From Eremomyces bilateralis CBS 781.70 (Eukaryota), in assembly GCA_010015585.1 (NCBI GenBank), contig ML975152.1: a stretch of DNA of 50,471 bases, one strand, 5' to 3'. Of this stretch, positions 37,746-47,900 are shown piece by piece. Each line of letters begins with the position of its first letter. Positions within the stretch are counted from its first letter, which is position 1. Both the position numbers and the translations under genes were made by a program. The notes beneath the pieces were generated by a model. That model ran no database searches. It saw only the letters and a program-made list of their open reading frames with translations, and was not told the origin of the DNA.

Positions 37746-38894
37746 TCAGTTTCTTGGCTCCTCCAGAAGTTTATTTGAAAACTCTTCGATGACGCTATCA
37801 ACCAAGTACTGCTTCTGTAGTTCGGTTCTCCATGGAACCTCCTCAACGCCGTAATATGCACCCGCAAGACCTCCGTAAATAGCACCGGCCGTATCCGAAT
37901 CACCACCTATATGGGTCAGTATTCAGTAATGTGGTTGCTTCGAGTCTGCACTTGCCAAGATTCACCACCTCGAGGGCTCCCGAAACCCAGCTATCGTGTT
38001 TGAACATTGCCCAGAGGGCGACCTCTAGGGTGTCGAGAACATATCCAGTACTCTTGATCGTGTCCGCCGACTTTGTCTTCCAATCTTGTATCGATTTGTA
38101 CTGACCGAGTCTCTCACGAAGGTGTTTGTTCTTGATATCTTGCTCCATTAAATCTTGGAGAAGACCATCCTTCGTTGCCCCTGACAATGTAAGTTGGAGA
38201 AGCAAAGCCGCCTGTAAAGGATCACGTTACCCTTCATAGCTGCAACAACCAAGGAGGTATATATAGCGCAGCATTCAGCACATATTGGCGAGGGGTGTGT
38301 CAAATTGCTCTGGGCCCCGGCTACAGTCAAAGCCAGGTCCTTGTCTTGCCAGAGCGCGAGGCCAACCGGGACGACTCTCATCAAGCTACCATTGCCGCTG
38401 AACTGCTCGTACTTGAGCACTTGGTCAACGAGTTCCTGACCAGACTTCATGTCTGAGGGACCGGGCTCAATGTTGTCCTGAGATAGTCCTCGTAAGACCG
38501 ACCTCCATATCGCGAGACTCGTTCTCGTGGATTGCCCTTCATCCCAGGCACGGCTCGACGATGACATGTAGCCATCACTATGCCAAGCCACCATCTTTGC
38601 CACACAGTCGGCCGCTGAGAAAGTCATGTTACACTCCGAGAGCGATTTGGCAAGACAAAGGGTCAAGGACCCGTCATCCGACCAAGAACTAGACACGGAT
38701 TAACGGATGGACCACGTATATAGGTTCGATGCCTCTGCGAACCCTTTTGGCTTCTGGAATGGCTTGACGAATTGCAACTCTTGGATCGGCTTGAACGTTC
38801 CTCTTCTCATGAATTGCACTGGTCCTCCGAGCGCGTCCCCGACAAGAACACCGTACAGTGCCCCTTTAGCACGAGTGTGAATCTGGGATTCCAT
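37746..38894 (-). CDS. ADP-ribosylglycohydrolase (ARH/DraG family), about 331 aa
   Basis: Exons 38894-38743, 38688-38231, 38180-37956, 37906-37746. Motifs GVLVGDALG, WSDDGSL, DEGQST, GNGSLMR, THP, STGYVLDTLE, NLGGDSDTAGAIYGGLAGAYYG. Confidence 0.93.
37907..37955 (-). other. Non-canonical GC-AG spliceosomal intron (49 nt) in the ADP-ribosylglycohydrolase gene
   Basis: Donor G|GCAAGT, branch CTGAC, acceptor TAG. Its removal restores VNLG-GDSDT in frame. Confidence 0.85.
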
Positions 38895-39355
38895 TTCCAA
38901 TACGTCGAAGGGAACAAGGGAGGGTTATTGTCGCATGCAAATAACAGAATTCAAAAGTATGTATCCGTTCAGAAAGTTGAGCGATACGTTGAAGTTGGTT
39001 CAATTGCTGCGGCTGCCTCGTATTCGACACAGCAGATTGGTCTAATACGAGGGGAAGGGTGAAGGGTTAGAAAGCTTCAGTAGGCAATATGTAGTCAGTT
39101 GCGTCAACTATTTTAGCTCAGGTATCAAGGGCGTAAACGACGGATCAAGTATCACTGCGGAGATATTATTGAACAGGCACTTTATGACACTACTTACTGA
39201 GCCGCACACCTGCTTGGGATGCAATTGTCTAGCGAATGCATCATGCATTGCCAAACCTTTTGAAGACGAATTAATCAGATACGATTGTTACACTTGAGAC
39301 ATTCCCACCAGGCAGAACCCATACTCCGCACTCGGCAACGAACGCTGTAAACCAG

Positions 39356-40261
39356 TCAATGAATTTGCGTCCCATAGCCGCGGATCGTCTCCGCAAACGC
39401 CCAACTTTGACCCTCGAGCTTCTCATCCTCCTTTAGCTGCACGCCATCTTTGCGTATGACAGCAATGGAGTACTTGTCTAAGCTCCTTGCGTCCCTATAG
39501 AACAGCACTTTCATCGCCTCCTTGACGGCGTTCACCGCGTCGTCCATGGAGAGCGTCTCGGCCGCGGCTTCGTCTGGGGCAACCCTTCGTAAGATCGGGA
39601 CCGCGAGATGCGCACCAAACCCTGTTGCGAGCGATGGGGCAGAGAAAGTGGTTCCTAGGAGATCTACGCTTGCCAGGAAGGGTTTGTCCGCATCATCCAG
39701 ACCGGCGACCAAGATATGGTTCCAGAGCGGGTTGAAGTCGGTTCGTCGCTTGTACATGACCTTAGAGAGGTAGGTGTGTAGGTTCTTCGCGTCCAAGGAC
39801 GCCGTGTCGGTCTCGTCTCCCGAGGACCCTGGGTCGGCATAGTTCTCGCGTAATGACAGGGAGGTAAGCAAACGGTCGAGATGCTGCATGTCGGAAACAT
39901 CGCCGCCGAAGCCAAGCACCGCGCGTGTGTTGAATTGTCTGAGACGCTTGACATCCGTGAACCGAGCAAGGGATCCATATGAAGCTGCGCAAGCGTTAGA
40001 CCCCATCCTTCTACTCAGAACGATCCATTGTACCTAGATTATCGGCGGCAACCACCACTCCGTCCTTAAACTTCATAGCCACCACGGATGTGCCGGTTAC
40101 TATTGGCGACTGCGTGTGTTGCTTCGGGCCGTCTTGAGGGAGAAATGAGGCATTGTATGCGCCGTAGACATCGTCTCGTGGCTAATATCAGTTAGTCGCG
40201 TAGACTGCATCGGGCAATAGAGCTGACCTACCCGACCCCATGCTTGCGGAAGGTGGTTCAT
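39356..40261 (-). CDS. PRE4: 20S proteasome subunit beta-7, about 268 aa
   Basis: Exons 40261-40232, 40181-40034, 39984-39356. [70 protein letters not shown]. Confidence 0.97.
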
Positions 40262-40720
40262 ATTGTGGAGAAGGGAGATTGGATTGGGAGACGGTTTGGG
40301 ACTTGGACGGATTGAGAGGTATATCTTGTAGAAGTTGAAGATGGGAGTTGAAGGTGTTGAATGTTGAAGGAAGCAACCAAGAGCTTTGTTAGGTATGGGA
40401 TTAGGCTACATGGTGATGAAGCTCCCAGCCATGAATGAGCCCTGAACGTTAGACACGGATCATGTGATTTGTGACTAATGGTGTTGATGCCTCAGGCTAT
40501 AAGGCATATATTTGATTTCCTCCATTGCTGTGCAATTTCTACAGCCTGAGCAACGCCGCTGTTGTGAATTAACCCAATTACGAGAAGTCGAGAACCTCTT
40601 GCTTCACTACAATAGGAAAACCCTGTTATTAATAATTATTAGTGCCATAGCACTTGCTCAAATGCCGCTTGCGTCCGTCATCTATAGCCAAAGTCCAGGT
40701 TCAGATCTTGGGGAATCAGC

Positions 40721-41713
40721 ATGGCTTCTCACCGTCAGAGCAAGCCGAGACGCATACATTTGGTCCTTGACTGGGATGGAACTCTAACTATGCGGGATAC
40801 GATGAGCTTCCTCTCAAAATTGCCAGTTGTATCGAGCACCTCGACAGCATCTGGACACGCGAATGATCCAGCAGGACCGCAAGGATGGGACGACCTTGTA
40901 GCCGCCTACTTAGACGACTTTCGACAACACCAAGAGGCGTACACACCAGCGCCGGACCAAAGACTCTCTGCAACTGAAGAGTCAAAGTGGCTCGCGAGCC
41001 TGAAAGGAGTGGAGGGCCGGAGTGCCGCCAGAGCCTTGCGGGCGGATTTCTTTAAAGGTACCACCGAGACGGATCTCCACAACCTGGCCAAGGACCTTAT
41101 TGAGAGCGGCGAACTCCAGTTAAGAGATGGCTGGGACTCAGTGCTCCTGGAAGGCTCGAAATCAATGAATCAGCCCTCAGCGTTTGACCAGGTCAAGATT
41201 TCCATACTCAGCATCAATTGGAGCGCTGCGTTTATCCGGCATTGTCTTCTTGAAGCAGCGCGGTCGTACCAGAACGTAAACAACGACGCATTGACCCGAG
41301 CCATCGATCATATCGAGATCAGCGCTAATGAGTTTGTTTGCGGTTCTCATCCAAGTACTGGCTCAGGGAAGCATATCATGACCAGTGACGATAAGCATTC
41401 CCAGTTTCGAACCATGACAGGCGCACAGTCGGCGTCAGATCGGGAGTCCGCGTTCGATAACTATAACATTTATGTTGGAGACAGTTCAACCGACTTTGAC
41501 TGCATTCTTGATGCAGATGTCGGGGTCTGCGTTCAGGACATCCCCTTAACGTCCACCCAGGCGGGTCTTACTGCAATATTCGCGCGACTCGGCATTCAGA
41601 TATTCCCTTTATCAGACTGCCCGAGGCTGTTACCGACCCCGCGGCAGCTTGGTGTTTGGCGCATTGGTAGTCTATCAGAGATTTGTACCTTCCTCGACGT
41701 TACTGCTGCCTAG
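40721..41713 (+). CDS. HAD-superfamily hydrolase (Cto1/thiamine-phosphate-phosphatase-like), 330 aa
   Basis: HAD motif I LVLDWDGTLT, motif II ILSINWS, motif III K in TSDDK, motif IV YVGDSSTDFDC. Confidence 0.87.
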   Translation: MASHRQSKPRRIHLVLDWDGTLTMRDTMSFLSKLPVVSSTSTASGHANDPAGPQGWDDLVAAYLDDFRQHQEAYTPAPDQRLSATEESKWLASLKGVEGRSAARALRADFFKGTTETDLHNLAKDLIESGELQLRDGWDSVLLEGSKSMNQPSAFDQVKISILSINWSAAFIRHCLLEAARSYQNVNNDALTRAIDHIEISANEFVCGSHPSTGSGKHIMTSDDKHSQFRTMTGAQSASDRESAFDNYNIYVGDSSTDFDCILDADVGVCVQDIPLTSTQAGLTAIFARLGIQIFPLSDCPRLLPTPRQLGVWRIGSLSEICTFLDVTAA

Positions 41714-42560
41714 TAAGATTATAAGGCAACCCCTTCTAGAGGACAATAGGCGGGTATGTCCACGGTATGCCTGATTCAGTCAGGTATGAGGACGAAACGC
41801 CAGAGAGTCGAGGCTGTCAATATTACATAGACAATCATAGGTGCCCGAGCACCGGCATGGGCTGACTCAGGAGGCATTGCATCGCCACATTGGCTTGTTA
41901 TGTAGACAGGGCAGCTTTCTAAGGTATTGCCTATTCTGTATATCAATGGTTGGCATTTTTCGGTAAAATCACGTCTACCATGCACCAGTATCGCATCGAT
42001 CGACCATAAGAAGCTCTCGGTCCTCTGCTAGTATCCTCTCATTAAGCTGGAAGCTTGAAGATGTTATTGAGGGAACAAAAAGCTGCTCCCAGGAGCGGGA
42101 AGGGGGAGTGGTAGTTCAATCTCGCCTGATCGAAACCTTGTTATATTGGATTAACATACATTAATCGAGACGTCGTCTCCTACACCGGGTAATTAAATCC
42201 ATACCGGTACAAATCCGCCCACTGAAGGGCTTTGACAGCTTCTACGCGTTGAGTACGAGAAGTGGTGGAAGCCGATGACAAGACAAGCTGTGGCGAAATT
42301 GTCCGAGAAATATTTAAGATCAGATAGAGAGAGCCAATAATGCATAACGGTCATCGTTGCAGACTGACATGATTTAAAAAGGACTAATAAGCTGGTGCCA
42401 GCCAGATGTATGAGAAATTGAGAATCCGTGGAACCCGGGATGCTTGTACGTCAGGGCCCCAATATTATATGGGAAAGTGATACGTAAATGTTATCCTTCC
42501 TTGATACTGTGATGTATTCACCAGCGGGCTTCAATGATAACCGACTTCGCAATCCGCCGT

Positions 42561-44879
42561 CTATCCCATCCTCATTGTCGGATCTGATACGCCCCGAGTG
42601 GGCGGCATCGGTGGAGCCCCGGAAGGAATTCTGGCATGGAACAGGTCCACTAGCCGTTTGCCCACGCTTGTCTCCAGTTCCGTGCCATCTCTCGCGATTT
42701 TGACTTCGCGATTGGAGTTCCACGGATTGCGCAGCCCGCGGGCTCGGTAGAAGGGCACTCGAGTGGTGGTTTTCCATTCCACCCGAAACGGCCTGCCCCA
42801 TTCCTGGAGCGTTGACGACGACGACGAGGCGATCGGGCTGGACGCCGGTGGGTCGCTGCGGCTCTCGGTCGGGAGATCATCATCCGCCGTGAAATCTGCA
42901 TCTTCATCCTCCCTTTGCCAAAATATCGTTCCACGTGCGCTGTCGTCCACGACCCGACCCCTAGGTGCCGTTTCCGTTGATGTTGTGATATATGAGAGAG
43001 GCGCATCTGACTCGGGAACTTCCTCTTCATTTCTCGATAGCTTGGAAAGAAGTTCCTCCGAATCGGCGCCGACAGAGGATGCCATTCGGGCATATCCAAA
43101 GTACTCGCCGGACTTGTTGGAGCTGAATATTAGCCAAACATTCGGTGCCGTCTGCTCTATCGTTAGTGATCATGCTCGCCAAACAAGGTGAAGGTGCAAA
43201 TAGAAGACTCCGTGCACTATCGGATTTGCAGCACTACCAGAGCGGACCAGGATCGCCAAGGAAGGGTATCGGGTATGAATAAGGTTTAAAAAAAAAGAAA
43301 CTTATTCGTCCGGTGATCATGGATCAACCCCAAAGAAACAGGGATCATGCAAACAAATCTGACCGCAGTTGTTTTGAACCTGTTAAACGCAACATGGTGT
43401 TGAAGTATCATTCTTCTTACCTCGAAAGCTTTGTTGAATGTCTTCTCATTGTGAACCTGGGTCGACCAAATTCCCGTCACCACGCTCGATTCGAGATCCT
43501 GAAGGGTCAAGCTCTTGACGATGAAGTATCTATCAGCGCCACTCTCAATCGACTTTCTAGATGTATTTCCCGGCGACGGCGACTCAGCCTCTTCCGACTG
43601 CGGTGCTTCGTTAACCTCGTCCACGCCTTCGTCGGCCTGCTCTTCTCCCTGGTCTGGCGCTGTCTCGTTCGCTGCATCTGTTTCTGGTTGTGACGAAGAT
43701 GGCCCGGGAGATACAGATGACGCAGGTGTAGAAGGGGTAATGGGCGAAGCCACGGAACTCTTTCTCAAGCGACAAACAAGCCGTATGGTGTGGAAGCGTG
43801 AATCATGGAACCTACGCATTGCAGCGACGCACGATGCTTCGGTTCGATAATTGACGAAGGCACAATTGCTCTTTGAGATGAGAAACACGCTCTCAATGTC
43901 CCCAGTCGCTTCTCTCGAGAAATGATCTTTAAGGTCGGCGATCGACGCATTAGGAGGCAGATTTCCCACCCACAGAGCGTGGCCCGATTGTTTCGGTTTC
44001 CTAGGGGGTCCGCGAGGCATCGAACCTAGAATGCGCGGTGAGGCTTTGCGCAGTTAGTCACTACACGGTCTCGTTGGGGTCTTGTGGCTAGGACGTACAA
44101 GAATAGTTCATCGCATCCAGATTTCCACCAGGCCTGGGAGAGAGCGCACTGTCTTGTCCTGGGAACCCCCCACGACGGCTGTTGCCCTGGTTGCTTGAAC
44201 GTTGATTGTACGGTGGATATCCTTGCGGCGGCATCTGGGGATAGGGACCGGCCGAAGTGGGTGAACCGTACGGATAATAGTAGTAACCGGAAGGAGGGTG
44301 TTGGAATTGAGCCGTCCTCTGTTGTGGATGAGTAGGACGGGGCGGCCCTTGTGGGAAAGCTCCATATCCTCTTGTTGGTCCGGCTTGCTGAACAGCATAT
44401 GGCTGCGGATACTGTGCAGTCGGATAGCCACTAGGTACCCCTCCGTGTCCCTGGTATGGGCCTTGGCCCGACCCTGAGAATTGGGCGATCTGCTGAAACT
44501 GATAGACGACAGGAGGAGGCGGTCCGCCCATCGGACTCGAAGCGGAGATACCACGTTGAACAGGTTGAATACCATGGGTTCCGGGCATCGCGACGTATTC
44601 AGGAAGCGATCCTGACATTGTACCCATATTCAGAGCCGTCCCTTGCGGGTCATGGCTATGAGCTGGCTCCTGGGGATCGCTAGATTGAGCAGTCGGCTGG
44701 CTCATCTCAGTGCCGTGTCCCTGCCGGGACGGCCCACTGAACTGCGTATGGAATGCTAGGGGAGGATTGCCGTATCTCGGGTCAAGATGAGTGGAGTCCA
44801 CTTGACCTTGGTCCTCCTGGGCTGTATGAACACCATGCAGTGGATCTGCCCCGCTAACATGGTGCGGAGTGTCCCCCAT
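42561..44879 (-). CDS. RNA-binding protein with Q/P/G/Y-rich low-complexity N-terminus, RRM and YTH (YT521-B-like) domain, about 660 aa
   Basis: Exons 44879-44099, 44043 (or 44025)-43421, 43151-42561. RRM LWVGNLPP..SNCAFVNY; YTH RYFIVKSLT..GIWSTQVHNE, LIFSSNKSGEYFGYARM, WGRPFRVEW, LRNPWNSNREVKIARDGTE. Confidence 0.92.
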
Positions 44880-44912
44880 TTGTTCTTCAAGGACGACCGG
44901 AAGTGCGGCTCA

Positions 44913-44997
44913 CTGCTGAACCCACAAGATGTCAGTAAAGAGGCCATTAAACGCCCATCACACATAAGGTGATGCATGACTCTGAAGGTGTACTTAC
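44913..44997 (-). other. Probable 5'-UTR intron of the YTH gene with tandem CAGCAG acceptor
   Basis: GTAAGT donor at 44997, CTGAC branch, TTCAGCAG acceptor. The spliced sequence has an in-frame TGA 33 nt before the ATG, so it is non-coding. Confidence 0.65.
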
Positions 44998-47900
44998 TCA
45001 AGATAGGAAACTGATGAAGTCCGAATTGGGCCTCTTCAATGGCACTTGACGAATATCGAACTGATATCGCTTCGCCAAAAAGACAGATATATGCCGAAGA
45101 AAAGGATTCTTTGCCAATGCGCCTTAGACGTGTGTCTAGTGCATATAGAATGAGAGCACAAGAAACGAATCTTAGAGCGCACGTCAGCCAAGGCCCAACT
45201 ACCATCTTTCATTTTGGAAGAGAACTAGTCCCAAACGACGCTTCGGCTTGCAACGACCGGAAATCATCTAAAGGGACATCCCATGATGCTGCATTTCACG
45301 GGAGAAACCCCAAAGCGTGTATCTGGCCAATGCAAGGGACTGATTGAAGTGATAATGCGGGAGTTGGGTTTGATCTAGGATGGTGCTAGTCGCGTATTGG
45401 ATGAAGTGACACTCTAAGGGAAAGCAGAATGGAAAGTGACCACAAACCAGTGAGTAAAATCAGAATCAGATGCTGTGTTCCAATTTCCAAACGCCTCCAG
45501 GTCCTCTGGATTTCTAGTCCGAGGCCCTGATTGGGCGGAGTGAAGTTCGCCTGGAATGAACTCACTGCACTCTTGAAGAATAGAGCCCACTTCGCTAAAT
45601 GAAAGGATGCGGAAACCGGATCAAAGAACAATATACCACCAAAGCACCGGATAGGTATGGCAAAATCGGTGAATTTTGAAGTCCAGTTCATTCAGATCCA
45701 AGGGAAGGCGATTGATCTCGGTCCCTAAGTGAGGCTTGGATGTGGCGGGTGAAGGGACCAGACCTGACCTGGGCAGTGAGCACGGCAGGCTTTGGGGTAG
45801 GTCGGGTGCTGGCACTGCTCGACGGAGCAGTGTAAAACAAGACGGGCGGATCGTCTTCTCCCAAGAGCACGAAGAGAAAAAAGAAAGAGAATCGAAAGGG
45901 CCGTTGGCAAGAGAAATGCGTATTCGGACCATGAGAACTAGAAAAGGAATGAAAGAAGTTGAAGCAAGTGTGGCAAAAGACCGACTCGAAGATCGAAAAA
46001 CCCAAGGAGACTTATGACAGAGTGACATACAGACCAGAGAGCTCCAGTCTCTAGGTCTAAAGGTGTGGCTCCCGAAGCGATCCGTCGGGATATTTTTGGG
46101 CATGGGGCGTTGGGAAATCGAGCAGCGATGTAGTTGCACATCAGCTTGGGGGAGTGAGACTAGGTTGTGGTAGGTCGTAGGGGTTCTGCCCCCGGGCGGC
46201 GGACAAGCAGTGGAATTTTCTAACCTTCTACGGATCACCTATTCGGGGGTTTGGGTTGCAACGTGTGACTTGCAGTTGGAGGGAATGCGAAGCCACTATT
46301 GTTGTAAGCGACAGGTTCTCGCAACAATGCCAGGACAGGGAATGGGACCATAGACGAGGGACCTAGAACTCGTCCATCTGCTCACTTGCTCTGCTTGCGA
46401 AGGACAGGGGATGAAGGACTGAATGGAACAGAAGGCAGCTAACTACCAGATACCAGTGGCAGACTCGCAGTAGTGCGATATGATCGGTGGAATACCAGTG
46501 GCCTCGGCGTGAGCTCCGAACGGTACACGTCGTTAGAGGTGTGTAAACTGTAAACCAGACTTACGGAATGAGAAAAAGAGGCAGGGAGCAACGGATGGAA
46601 TTCCAGGTAAGGAACTGGGACGGAAGTAAGGAGATGGGAAAACCTGGCTAACCATAAACCATTGAACCGGACAATCATTCGAACCTGTTAGTACGGCATA
46701 GGGCTTCACGCTTCACCCAGCACCAGCTAACTTCCCACAATTGACAATACACCACCAGCCAAGAGACAACCAAACCGCTATTAAACTGCTAAATATCAAA
46801 CAACCGAAGGCAACTAACCGTGCAAGCCGGCAGTCCACATGGCCGGGCCATAGCGCCCGCCGCGTGGAGGACTGCACGTCGCCGGACTGGACACAGGCAC
46901 AGAACAGCCTTACCGGTATCCATAGAGAAGCGGTGGGACGGTGGGAGGCAAATCCATCTTTTTGTGCAGGCCATCGTAGTGGGAAAGTGCAACTGGGGCA
47001 TTGGGAAAGCATGAATGGCATGGCGGACAGAGCCGCGGCAAATAAGGCGGGAGCGACAGGATAGGCAAGAGCTGCAAGTTTGAAACAAGTGGCTTTAGTT
47101 GATCGTCTGGGCCCAGCCTCCACTTCCGTGATGACTCCGGCCGGGACTGGGGAGCGACTATGAGACTGTGGCTAGACTCAGAATTGAAAATTCAGATCAG
47201 ACCAGGAGGTCCTCACAGCCGAGCGCACATTCTGATTGATGGTCCTTAGGAGAATTGGAGATTCGAAAGATGAAGCGAGTGAGACTCGATTACCCAAATG
47301 GCCTCCTGCAAGTGGCTAGAAAAGTAGAAAAGCCACGCAACGGTGAACAGGCAGAGACCGGATTATTGTCAGCTTTCCTGGATCCGAATCCTGAGGATCC
47401 CGAATGGGGGCCCAACCGTCCAACTTCCAAGATACAGGCGCTCCACGGGGGGGGAGTAGCACGCGGCGGCAGGGTCCCAGCTCCCGAGATGGGCAATCTG
47501 GGAGAAACCTCAGATTCGCATCTCGACACATGCGAAATTGGGGAACTGAAAGATGCGTTTCTTCGACCGTTCGAGACCAGGTTTCCGTGCTGCCGTACCA
47601 CAGGACAGGGTTACCAACTTACCCGTTACCGCTTTTTTACCTGGACTCCGCTAGCCATCCTGCTTACCTCTGCCCTGTGGACCGTGGGCTGTGGAAATGA
47701 TCAATTATTGCTTGTCACTGGCTTAACAGTGGAAATCGCCTCACGCCAGTCGATGGCTGATCCTCATCTTCTGTATGATCGATAACGAATAAAAGTGAGA
47801 ATGTCGGTCCCATTCATGTTGACCATGTTAATATCCCTTTCTCCGGAGTCGCCGCCGCATCCTTGTTAATATTGGTATTAACGTGAGCATTCTTGCCAGC

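Noticed and set aside
25395..38894. Acetyltransferase, NmrA reductase, transporter and ARH as a metabolic gene cluster
   Set aside because: They are interspersed with core genes (ATP11, PEX10), with no backbone synthase or cluster transcription factor.
40262..41713. TPP riboswitch associated with the thiamine-phosphatase-like HAD gene
   Set aside because: No TPP aptamer core sequence found, and the gene appears intronless.
45621..46238. 205-aa ORF upstream of the YTH gene
   Set aside because: Non-ATG start, and composition reflects pyrimidine-rich UTR-like sequence; no motifs.
47128..47235. GTGATGA ... CTGA pair as a possible C/D box snoRNA
   Set aside because: No terminal stem or rRNA-antisense guide that I could identify; such motif pairs occur by chance.
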